Shown here: positions 9,621-19,454 of the stretch, piece by piece
Layout of the letters: each line of letters begins with the position of its first letter
How positions within the stretch are numbered: position 1 is the first letter of the stretch
NCBI GenBank assembly: GCA_900313705.1
Contig: OMSJ01000001.1
Location: 15,115-79,114, forward strand
Length of the DNA: 64,000 bases
Origin: an uncultured Prevotellaceae bacterium
GTDB taxonomy: Bacteria > Bacteroidota > Bacteroidia > Bacteroidales > Bacteroidaceae
Direction: 5' to 3'
Translations under genes and position numbers: made by a program
The notes under the pieces: generated by a model
Database searches by the model: none
What the model was told of the DNA's origin: nothing
What the model saw: only the letters and a program-made list of their open reading frames with translations

Positions 9621-10027
9621 TTAATTTCAGCATTGAGATTCAGCTTCTTTTCCAGTTCTGGGCAGCGGCTGAGCTTGCCGTGAACGAGGCAGACGACATC
9701 GACCGTCCCCCTTGCCGCCAGCTTCATGTCAGAGAGACGGTATATGTCCTGACTGAAGATATAGCGGAGCCCTTCCTGCTTGACATTGAGGCAGGATAGA
9801 AACTCGTCGCGACTGCGGAGCGGTGTCTTGTAGCGAATTGTGATACTCGACACGACTGATATGATGTCCTGTGCAGTCATCTCGGCAAAGCTGATGCCCG
9901 CCGAGAGCAGGAACTCATGGCGCGTGTGCTCCATATAATGCTGATAATTAGCATTGTTGACAATCCCTTCGAGGTCGCACTCATAGTCGCGTACCTTCAT
10001 CTTCAGTTCGTAAGCGTATTCCTTCAT
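9617..10027 (-). CDS. Acyl-CoA thioesterase, YbgC/4HBT hot-dog family
   Basis: Motif VRDYECDLEGIVNNANYQHYMEHTRHEFL. Start moved to MKEYAYEL (10027) because the longer ORF start lies inside a 31-bp perfect palindrome. There is a 4-nt overlap with the dprA start. Confidence 0.8.
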   Translation of the reverse strand: MKEYAYELKMKVRDYECDLEGIVNNANYQHYMEHTRHEFLLSAGISFAEMTAQDIISVVSSITIRYKTPLRSRDEFLSCLNVKQEGLRYIFSQDIYRLSDMKLAARGTVDVVCLVHGKLSRCPELEKKLNLNAEIK

Positions 10028-10102
10028 TCGTCGTATTGGTTGGTTCATGCGGTCGAAATGCCCAGCTACACAAGGCTGATTGCCTGACATACCCTGTGAG
10101 GG

Positions 10103-10174
10103 AGTTTGATTGTTCATGTACTTGCAATTGCATGTTCATGTATATGCAATTGCAAGTACATGAACAATCAAACT
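10103..10174. repeat. 31-bp perfect inverted repeat with 10-nt loop
   Basis: AGTTTGATTGTTCATGTACTTGCAATTGCAT (10103-10133) pairs perfectly with ATGCAATTGCAAGTACATGAACAATCAAACT (10144-10174). No T-tract on either side. Confidence 0.9.
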
Positions 10175-10235
10175 ATGCAACGTGGGTAGTTGAGCAAGCA
10201 GGCTTGCGATGTTGGCTTTTTCTTCACGTCTGTTT

Positions 10236-11456
10236 TTAGTTGTTTCCCTTTAGATATTCGTATCCGAACCTGCATCGGAGGCAGTCGATTCGGTCGCAGT
10301 ATTGTCGTTTGAGCTGTATGAGGGCCTGGCTGTCGGCAGCCGAAGCGACACGCAGCCCGCAGTCTTGCCATTGCCGCAGGATGTAGTTGTTCTCGGCTGG
10401 AAGCTCCTCCAGAAGCCGGACCGCTCGCTGGCAGATGGTCTCGTCGCTGATGTGGCGGCCATAGGCAAAGAGGAGGGGCACCACGGTATTGATGATGAGC
10501 AGGCGTCGGCTCGCAGCCGTCATGCCCTTCACGGCGAGGCATCCGTGCAGTTCCTCTATGTTCCTGGCATCCAGGAGCCTGCTCATCTGAGCCCGTCCGC
10601 TGTGGTAGAGCTCCGCGATTTGCAGGATGCGGACGAAGGGGAAGTTCTTGGGGCGGGTGCGGAGGAAGCGCCAATCGGAGCGCTGCATCGGTTCGTCGAG
10701 GCTGAACTTGTGCCTGAGGAAGGCGAACTCCTGCTGGAGGAGCTGGACTTCCCTACTGCTCCTGACGGCTTCGGACTCTTCGATGAGACCGGCCATTCCG
10801 AGGAAGAGAGCCTCGATCTGGAACAGGTCGTCGCGATGTTTGCCAGCGGCAGAGAGGGGAATGCGCATGGCCCATCGCTCGAAGCAGTCGCCGTTCAGCC
10901 CAAAGCCAAAGCTACGACTCAAGGTGACGAAAGTGGCGCGTTCCCAGTCGCCGCCAGTCCGCTCGGCCCGCTCTGCCACCTTCTCCGAGCGCTCCTTCAG
11001 CCTCTCCACGAGCAGAGCGTCCATCCATTGATGCGCCTTCATGGGCGGTATGGAAGGGATGATGCGGTGGCAGCGCGGATAGTCCTCTGTCCTGCAAAGC
11101 TCATCGTAACTCCTGCGGATGCTCTCGGGTATGTCGAGCCGGACCTGGGCCGGTGTCTTTCCGTCCTGCGTCGTGACCTCTCCGTCTATCTCACCCACGA
11201 CGTGGAGGATGACGCTGTTGTAGGCAGGGTCCGTTTCGTGCCCGTGTCGGTACCAGTCCGACGAGCGCAAGTGCACTTCGACATTGCCCGCCCAGACGGT
11301 TCCGCCCAGCCGGATCTTGGCGTTGAAGAAGTCGGGGCCCTGGTCGTGGTTGTGCAGGCCGGGGTCGATGACCTCCAGCTCCTGACCGTCATCCGTGGTG
11401 AGCGGTTTCAGGGGCAATATCTTGTGCTTCCAGACGTAGTGCAGCAGTCTTTCCAT
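10236..11456 (-). CDS. DUF2851 family protein
   Basis: 406 aa. The N-terminus MERLLHYVWKHKILPLKPLTTDDGQELEVIDPG..NHDQGPDFFNAKI matches the conserved Bacteroidota DUF2851 family as I recall it. Confidence 0.75.
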   Translation of the reverse strand: MERLLHYVWKHKILPLKPLTTDDGQELEVIDPGLHNHDQGPDFFNAKIRLGGTVWAGNVEVHLRSSDWYRHGHETDPAYNSVILHVVGEIDGEVTTQDGKTPAQVRLDIPESIRRSYDELCRTEDYPRCHRIIPSIPPMKAHQWMDALLVERLKERSEKVAERAERTGGDWERATFVTLSRSFGFGLNGDCFERWAMRIPLSAAGKHRDDLFQIEALFLGMAGLIEESEAVRSSREVQLLQQEFAFLRHKFSLDEPMQRSDWRFLRTRPKNFPFVRILQIAELYHSGRAQMSRLLDARNIEELHGCLAVKGMTAASRRLLIINTVVPLLFAYGRHISDETICQRAVRLLEELPAENNYILRQWQDCGLRVASAADSQALIQLKRQYCDRIDCLRCRFGYEYLKGNN

Positions 11457-11520
11457 CCCTATTTTGGCTCCGTTAACTTATTTTGTGAAACAAAAGTACG
11501 GAAAATTGGTCGAAAAGCAG

Positions 11521-11528
11521 TACTTTTG
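11521..11528 (+). promoter_or_regulatory. -7 box TACTTTTG for dapB
   Basis: TAnnTTTG match 23 nt upstream of the dapB ATG. Confidence 0.6.
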
Positions 11529-11550
11529 CACGAAAATTATTATATAAGGT

Positions 11551-13810
<2,260 letters not shown>

Positions 13811-14563
13811 ATGAAGACCCTCTCTAACTCTCCCTTAAAGGGAGAGGACTCTGGTTCGCAAGTCTCCCCTTTAAGGGGCAATTGCCCGTTAGAAGCGGAG
13901 CAATTGGGGAGCGTCAGCGACGGAGGCCCGAAGGGTTTAGAAGGGTCTTTGCCTTGCTGCTACCTCGCACCTGTCTCCCACTATAGCGCTTACTATCGTG
14001 CCGATGAGGTGCGCCTTGAGGTCTGCGACAACTTTACGAAGCAGACGCTTCGCAACCGCTGCTACATCGACAGCCCGAATGGAGCGCTTGCCCTCACCAT
14101 CCCTGTCGTCAAGACAGAAGGCAAGACGATGATGAAGGACATACGCATCAGCGACCACGGCAACTGGCGCCACCAGCATTGGGTGGCTCTCGAGAGCAGC
14201 TACAGGCAATCGCCTTTCTTCGAATACTATGCCGATGACTTCGCTCCTTTCTACGAGAAGAAGTGGGAGTTCCTTGCCGACTTCAACGAGGAGCTCATGA
14301 TGTTGGTTGCTTCGTTGCTCGATATTGAGAAGCCCATCAAAAGGACTCAAGCCTTCAGCCCCCTCCCCGCTCCCCCTTTGGGGGAGTGCCACAATCCCAC
14401 TGGACAAGGAAGTTTTGGCGGCAACGGAGCACTCCCCCAAAGGGGGAGCGGGGAGGGGGCTCCCTACTACCAAGTCTTCGCCTCGCGTCACGGCTTCCTG
14501 CCCGACCTCAGCATCGTCGATTTGCTCTTTAACCAAGGACCGGAGGGCGTGCTATGGCTGTAA
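13811..14563 (+). CDS. WbqC-family protein
   Basis: The core YLAPVSHYSAYYRADEVRLEVCDNFTKQTLRNRCYIDSPNGALALTIPV is typical of the WbqC family. The first 46 codons are repeat-element derived, so a TTG start at 13949 is an alternative. A 103-bp palindromic element is inserted in frame near the C-terminus. Confidence 0.75.
   Translation: MKTLSNSPLKGEDSGSQVSPLRGNCPLEAEQLGSVSDGGPKGLEGSLPCCYLAPVSHYSAYYRADEVRLEVCDNFTKQTLRNRCYIDSPNGALALTIPVVKTEGKTMMKDIRISDHGNWRHQHWVALESSYRQSPFFEYYADDFAPFYEKKWEFLADFNEELMMLVASLLDIEKPIKRTQAFSPLPAPPLGECHNPTGQGSFGGNGALPQRGSGEGAPYYQVFASRHGFLPDLSIVDLLFNQGPEGVLWL
13815..13948. repeat. AGACCC...GGGTCT palindromic MITE-like element, copy 1 (134 bp, two inner hairpins)
   Basis: Termini AGACCCTCTCTAAC / GTTTAGAAGGGTCT are inverted repeats. 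Inner hairpins are TCTCCCTTAAAGGGAGA and TCCCCTTTAAGGGG. It lies in the 5' part of the wbqC ORF. Confidence 0.85.
14358..14460. repeat. 103-bp GC-rich palindromic element, copy A
   Basis: Arms GCCCCCTCCCCGCTCCCCCTTTGGGGGAGTGC and its exact complement enclose a 39-nt loop. In frame inside wbqC. Confidence 0.9.
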
Positions 14564-16170
14564 CTGTTCATCCCCTCCCCGCCGATGTGCAAGGCGTATC
14601 TCCGCCTTGCCAGTTCACCTATCCTTTCTGCTACGAGCCACACCCTCTCTGCATCGCAGCAGCAGACGGGGTGCGCCGTTACCTCGACCAGCATCCCGAA
14701 TGGCACGACGAGCTCCAACGCGGCAAGATGTTCGGGGTGCTGATAGTGGAGGGGGCTTTCCTCGCTGCCTTCTCCGGCACACTCGATGGCAAGACGCAGC
14801 ATGAATACTTCGTGCCGCCAGTCTTCGACCTCATGGCGCCTGGCTGTCATTTCCAAGAGGAAGAGGCTGCCATTAGCATCATCAACCATAAGATAGCCTT
14901 TCTCGAAGCCTCGCTTAAGCCAAGCCCTTTGCGTCAGCAGATGCAGGAAGAGCTTGCCGCCTACAAGGTGTTCATGCAGCAAAGCAAGGCCAAGCGAGAT
15001 GCCCTGCGCCAAAGCTCCTCCCTAAAGGGGGAGGACGGAAGGGGGCTGTTCCTCATCAAGGAGAGCCAGCACCAGAAGGCAGAGTTCCGTCGGCTGAAGC
15101 AAGTTTGGGAACAACGCATATCGAAAGAGGAGGCACCACTTCGGGAACAAGAAGCACAGATAGCGCAACTGCAAGAGGAGCGGCAAGAGCGCAGCCAGGC
15201 CTTGCAGCAATGGCTCTTCCAGCAGTTCAGGTTCCTCAACGCCTTAGGCGAGACCCGTACCTTGCCTGAACTCTTCTCGCCTGCCGTGCCGCCATCCGGT
15301 GCTGGGGAATGCTGTGCGCCACGGCTTCTGCAAGCTGCCTATCGGGAAGGACTAAAGCCGCTCTGCATGGCTGAGTTCTGGGTGGGTGCTTCGCCTAAAG
15401 ACGAGTTGCGCATCGACGGACATTACTATCCTGCCTGCAACAGCAAGTGCCGTCCGATTCTCCGGCACATGCTGAAAGGTCTTGACGTCGAGCCTAACCC
15501 TTTGCTTGCGAATCAGGAGACGTTGCTCTCCCAACTACACATTATATATAATAATAAGGAGCTGGCCGTGGTGAGCAAGCCTGCCGGGATGCTCTCCGTG
15601 CCAGGCAAGGAGGAGCTGCCCAACGTGCAGGATGCCATGCGACAGATGTTCCCTTGGGCCACCGGACCGCTCATCGTCCATCGTCTCGATATGGACACCA
15701 GCGGCCTCATGCTCGTCGCTCTCACCGAAGAGAAGTACCATGAACTGCAGGACCTCTTCCTCCGCCGCCGCATCCATAAGGTCTATCATGCCCTGCTCGA
15801 GCGGGAGATGCCCGTCGGACAGGAAGGTGACATCTGTCTGCCCCTTCGTCCCGACATCGACGACCGCCCGAGGCAGATGGTTGACCCGAAGCACGGCAAG
15901 CCGGCACAGACGCATTATCGTGTGCTGGCAAACAAGGATGGACATGCCCTGCTCGAGCTCAGGCCGATAACAGGCCGCACACATCAGCTCCGCGTCCATT
16001 GTGCCCATCCCCTCGGCCTTGGCAACCCCATCGTAGGGGATAGGCTTTATGGCAAGCCTGCAGAAAGACTTATGCTCCATGCTTACAGCATAACCATAGA
16101 GACCCCAAACTCCCCTTTAGGGGGAGTAATGTTCAACGATCAATGTTCAATGTTCAATGATAAAGCTTGA
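14554..16170 (+). CDS. RluA-family pseudouridine synthase with long N-terminal extension
   Basis: 538 aa. Catalytic motif HRLDMDTSGLML plus TGRTHQLRVH. The last ~20 residues (NSPLGGVMFNDQCSMFNDKA) are encoded by a hairpin element plus a TGTTCAA array. Confidence 0.85.
   Translation: MAVTVHPLPADVQGVSPPCQFTYPFCYEPHPLCIAAADGVRRYLDQHPEWHDELQRGKMFGVLIVEGAFLAAFSGTLDGKTQHEYFVPPVFDLMAPGCHFQEEEAAISIINHKIAFLEASLKPSPLRQQMQEELAAYKVFMQQSKAKRDALRQSSSLKGEDGRGLFLIKESQHQKAEFRRLKQVWEQRISKEEAPLREQEAQIAQLQEERQERSQALQQWLFQQFRFLNALGETRTLPELFSPAVPPSGAGECCAPRLLQAAYREGLKPLCMAEFWVGASPKDELRIDGHYYPACNSKCRPILRHMLKGLDVEPNPLLANQETLLSQLHIIYNNKELAVVSKPAGMLSVPGKEELPNVQDAMRQMFPWATGPLIVHRLDMDTSGLMLVALTEEKYHELQDLFLRRRIHKVYHALLEREMPVGQEGDICLPLRPDIDDRPRQMVDPKHGKPAQTHYRVLANKDGHALLELRPITGRTHQLRVHCAHPLGLGNPIVGDRLYGKPAERLMLHAYSITIETPNSPLGGVMFNDQCSMFNDKA
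16108..16157 (+). repeat. Hairpin ACTCCCCTTTAGGGGGAGT followed by (TGTTCAA)x4 heptamer array
   Basis: Hairpin at 16108-16127. Array TGTTCAA CGATCAA TGTTCAA TGTTCAA at 16130-16157. Encodes the C-terminus of the RluA-like protein and contains the first base of the ATG of the next gene. Confidence 0.85.
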
Positions 16171-16879
16171 CGTCCACACCCACACCGTCATGAGCGGCCA
16201 TGCCTACAGCACCATGCAGGAGATGGTGACTGCCGCCCAGCAGAAACATCTCGACATCCTCGGCATTACGGAACATGCCCCAGGCATCCCCGGCACATGC
16301 CATCCCATTTACTTCCGCAACCTCCACGTCGTGCCCCGACAGTACGACGGCCTCCGTCTGCTGCTTGGCGCAGAACTCAACATCCTCGACACGAAAGGTA
16401 CGCTCGACCTCGACGAGTACTACTACCGGAAGCTTGACCTGCGCATCGCCGGCATCCATCTGCTTTGCTGGGAAGGCGGCACCATCGAAGAGAACACGCA
16501 GGGCATGATAAACGCCATACGCAATCCCTGGACACAAATCATCTCCCACCCGGGCGACGGCACAGCAGACCTCCTCTTCGAGCCCATCGTCCTCGCTGCC
16601 AAAGAGACTAAGACCTTACTCGAAATCAACAACAGCAGCCTCAACCCTGTGCGTAAGAAGGAAACGGCCCTGAAGAACAACCTCGAAATTCTGCGCCTCT
16701 GCAAACGGTACGAGGTGCCCGTCATCCTGAGCAGCGACGCACACATCAGCTACGCCATTGCCGACTACAGCTTCATCTGGCCTCTGCTCCAAGAGACAGA
16801 CTTCCCCGACCAGCTCATCATGAACTACGACACCGAAAGGTTCTTGGAGTACATCTCACGGAAAGGAGGCACACAATGA
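16157..16879 (+). CDS. PHP-domain phosphatase (YcdX-like)
   Basis: 240 aa. N-terminal DVHTHTVMSGHAY metal-binding motif and C-terminal SSDAH. Confidence 0.85.
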   Translation: MIKLDVHTHTVMSGHAYSTMQEMVTAAQQKHLDILGITEHAPGIPGTCHPIYFRNLHVVPRQYDGLRLLLGAELNILDTKGTLDLDEYYYRKLDLRIAGIHLLCWEGGTIEENTQGMINAIRNPWTQIISHPGDGTADLLFEPIVLAAKETKTLLEINNSSLNPVRKKETALKNNLEILRLCKRYEVPVILSSDAHISYAIADYSFIWPLLQETDFPDQLIMNYDTERFLEYISRKGGTQ

Positions 16880-17736
16880 AGAAGATGCTATTTGCCTTGG
16901 CAGCCCTGATGTCGATGGCATGTCACTTGGAGTCGGCCGAACCGGTCTTGGACTCCCTGAAGATACAAGGTCAGATGCGCCGCTTCTGGATTTACAAGCC
17001 CGATGGCATCCAGAAGGATGCGCCGCTGGTGTTTGTGCTCCACGGCTACAGTAATCCTGGCAAGAAGGAGACATGGATGAACACAGCAGCAGAGAAGCAC
17101 AAGTTTGCCATCTGCATACCGCATGGATGGAAGGACCCCAAGGGAAAGCCTTCATGGAACGTCGGCTATCCCTTTCAGGAAGGATGGCAGGTGGATGAAG
17201 TAGCAGGCATGGAGAAGCTGGCCAGGTTTGTCCAGAAGAAGTATGACCTGAGCCGGGAGAACACCTTCATGACAGGCATGTCAAACGGTGGCGAGATGTG
17301 CTATCTGACAGCATTCAGCAAGCAGAAAACCTTTAAAGCGGTTGCGCCCGTATCGGGTCTGACCATGGAATGGATCTACCGAACGATGGATGCGCCGAGG
17401 CCCATGCCGCTGTTCGAGATACACGGCACAGCCGACCATGTCTCTGAGTGGAACGGCGACCTTGAGAACAAAGGCGGTTGGGGAGCCTACATGTCGGTTC
17501 CCATTGCCATCGGTTATTGGGTTGCCAAGAACAAGAACGAGCGCGAGCAAGTGGAACAAGTTGAGAGTCTGGACAAAGAGAGCGGACGGACCATCATCAA
17601 GCATAAGTACACAGGTGGGCCGACAGGCTGCGAGGTCTGGCTCTACGAAGTGACGAGCGGCTCACACAGTTGGTTCGTCGATGACTTCGACACAGGCGAG
17701 GAAATCTGGACTTTCTTCAGCAAGTATCTGAAATAA
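16876..17736 (+). CDS. Secreted alpha/beta-hydrolase esterase (PHB depolymerase / feruloyl esterase-like family)
   Basis: 286 aa with a signal peptide. VFVLHGYS and the nucleophile elbow GMSNGG. ATGA overlap with the upstream gene. Confidence 0.75.
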   Translation: MKKMLFALAALMSMACHLESAEPVLDSLKIQGQMRRFWIYKPDGIQKDAPLVFVLHGYSNPGKKETWMNTAAEKHKFAICIPHGWKDPKGKPSWNVGYPFQEGWQVDEVAGMEKLARFVQKKYDLSRENTFMTGMSNGGEMCYLTAFSKQKTFKAVAPVSGLTMEWIYRTMDAPRPMPLFEIHGTADHVSEWNGDLENKGGWGAYMSVPIAIGYWVAKNKNEREQVEQVESLDKESGRTIIKHKYTGGPTGCEVWLYEVTSGSHSWFVDDFDTGEEIWTFFSKYLK

Positions 17737-17760
17737 GCACGAGGGGCTTCGGGAATAATT

Positions 17761-18750
17761 CTACGAACTAAGCCAGCGCTCAATGTTGCGCATCAAGCCG
17801 TCGTACTTGGCACGCTTGACGGCAGAACCCTTGAAAAGCATTCGGTACTGCTCCACCGTGAGCGTTTTCCAGCCGTCGGGCGTCATCTGCAGAAGCGCTT
17901 CGGAAGGTTGGAAGGCAGGCTCATCTGTGGGCTTGGCCTCGAGGAACTGCGGCGTGGCGCGCAGGCAGCGGTCGCATCCGTAGAAAGTAGGGCCGAGACG
18001 TAAATCCTCGGGAAGTGGACCGCGATGCTCGATGGTCTGATAGCTGATGCAGCGACGCGCATCGAGTCCTTCAGATGTGAGGGCAGGACAGATAGTCCCC
18101 CCAGAAGCCCCCTCCCCGCTCCCCCTTTGGGGGAGTGCCTCAATCTCGCTGGACAGGGAAGCTTTGGCGGCAATGGAGCACTCCCCCAAAGGGGGAGCGG
18201 GGAGGGGGCTTTGGAGGGGGCTTTGGAGAGGGCTGTCGTAGTGGTCGGCCTTGGCAGTCAGGAAAAGCTCTCCGAGGAAGACCGTCGGTCCGTAGCCGGG
18301 CACGCTGAGGAAGCCGCCTTTGGGGGTGATGATGCCGATGCCACTCCGCCATGCCCAGTAGCGCTCGAGGACAGGTGCTGTATCGACAAAGCAACGCCCT
18401 TCGAGGTGGAGCTCCTGCATGAGCTGGTTCATTCTCTGCCGCATGACGTCGTGATAGTCCAGCCCTTGTGCATAAAGGCTGATGGCTGGCTGTTGGTGCC
18501 GAGGCATGAAGTTCATGGCAAGGCTGACAATCGTCTGCACCCCCGGCACAAGGCGGTCGGGATGAAGGCGCATATCGACGTTGCGGCGCATGTAGTCCAT
18601 CCCTGCACAATAGTCGAGCTCAAGCCAATGGCGGAAACGGGCAGCATAGTCCTCTGCCACGGCTTCTGCCTTAGCAAGGCCACATGCAACAAAGCCCAAG
18701 CGCAAGGCCTGGGCTTTGATGTCGTTGCTATTCAATAATGCCGAACTCAT
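17761..18750 (-). CDS. queG: Epoxyqueuosine reductase QueG homologue, probably degenerate
   Basis: 329 aa. N-terminal and C-terminal QueG-like sequence (RRCISYQTIEHRG, GCDRC). A 103-bp palindromic element plus a 12-mer triplication occupies the place of the first CxxCxxCxxxCP motif, and the last Cys of the second motif reads Thr. Confidence 0.8.
   Translation of the reverse strand: MSSALLNSNDIKAQALRLGFVACGLAKAEAVAEDYAARFRHWLELDYCAGMDYMRRNVDMRLHPDRLVPGVQTIVSLAMNFMPRHQQPAISLYAQGLDYHDVMRQRMNQLMQELHLEGRCFVDTAPVLERYWAWRSGIGIITPKGGFLSVPGYGPTVFLGELFLTAKADHYDSPLQSPLQSPLPAPPLGECSIAAKASLSSEIEALPQRGSGEGASGGTICPALTSEGLDARRCISYQTIEHRGPLPEDLRLGPTFYGCDRCLRATPQFLEAKPTDEPAFQPSEALLQMTPDGWKTLTVEQYRMLFKGSAVKRAKYDGLMRNIERWLSS
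18107..18233. repeat. 103-bp GC-rich palindromic element, copy B, plus 12-mer x3 tandem
   Basis: 18107-18209 has the same arms and length as copy A, and the loop differs at a few positions. It is followed by GGAGGGGGCTTT-type 12-mers up to 18233. In frame inside queG on the opposite strand. Confidence 0.9.
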
Positions 18751-19342
18751 ATCCTTCCTTCTTCAGCCACGACAGGATTTCTGGCAAGGCGTGCTTGAGC
18801 TTGTCGATGCTCTTGAGCGAATCGTGGAGGGTGATGATGCTGCCGTTGCGAGTGTAGCGCTTGACGTTGTTGACCACGTCGTCGGCTGTAAGCAGGCGGC
18901 TATAATCGCGTGTCACGACGTCCCACATCACGATCTTGACGCCTATGTAGCGCAGCACTCGGTATTGCACCATTCCTATCCATCCATGTGGGGGACGGAA
19001 GAGTTTGGTGTGGAGTACATCGTCGGCTTTCTTGATGTTGGCCAAGTAGGTCCAGGGCCTGTGGCGTGCTCCGGACATGTGGTTGTAGGTGTGGTTGCCT
19101 ATACCATGCCCGCGCAGCCGCACTTCCTGGAGCAGATGCGGATACTTCACGGCATTGTCTCCCACCATGAAGAAGGTGGCCTTTGCTCCGAAGCGGTCCA
19201 GCACATCGAGGATGAAGGGCGTAGCTTCGGGGATAGGTCCGTCGTCGAAGGTCAGATAGACCACCTTCCTGTCCTGGTTAATCCGCCATAATGCATGGGG
19301 ATAGAACCAGCGGAAGATTCTTGGAGGTTGCTCTATGAACAC
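18728..19342 (-). CDS. Polysaccharide deacetylase (CE4/NodB) family protein
   Basis: 204 aa. NodB motif YLTFDDGP, then ATFFMVG and GNHTYNH. Confidence 0.88.
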   Translation of the reverse strand: MFIEQPPRIFRWFYPHALWRINQDRKVVYLTFDDGPIPEATPFILDVLDRFGAKATFFMVGDNAVKYPHLLQEVRLRGHGIGNHTYNHMSGARHRPWTYLANIKKADDVLHTKLFRPPHGWIGMVQYRVLRYIGVKIVMWDVVTRDYSRLLTADDVVNNVKRYTRNGSIITLHDSLKSIDKLKHALPEILSWLKKEGYEFGIIE

Positions 19343-19377
19343 GACTCAGCTTGACTATTTGAGGATTTGACGATGCT

Positions 19378-19410
19378 GCGTCATCACGTTATAACGTCAT
19401 AACGATATGG
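19378..19410. repeat. GTTATGAC-type octamer micro-array, copy 2
   Basis: GCGTCATCACGTTATAACGTCATAACGATATGG. Confidence 0.8.
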
Positions 19411-19454
19411 CGACACAACGTAACTCCGGCTTCTCGCCTTTACATCTCATCGGT

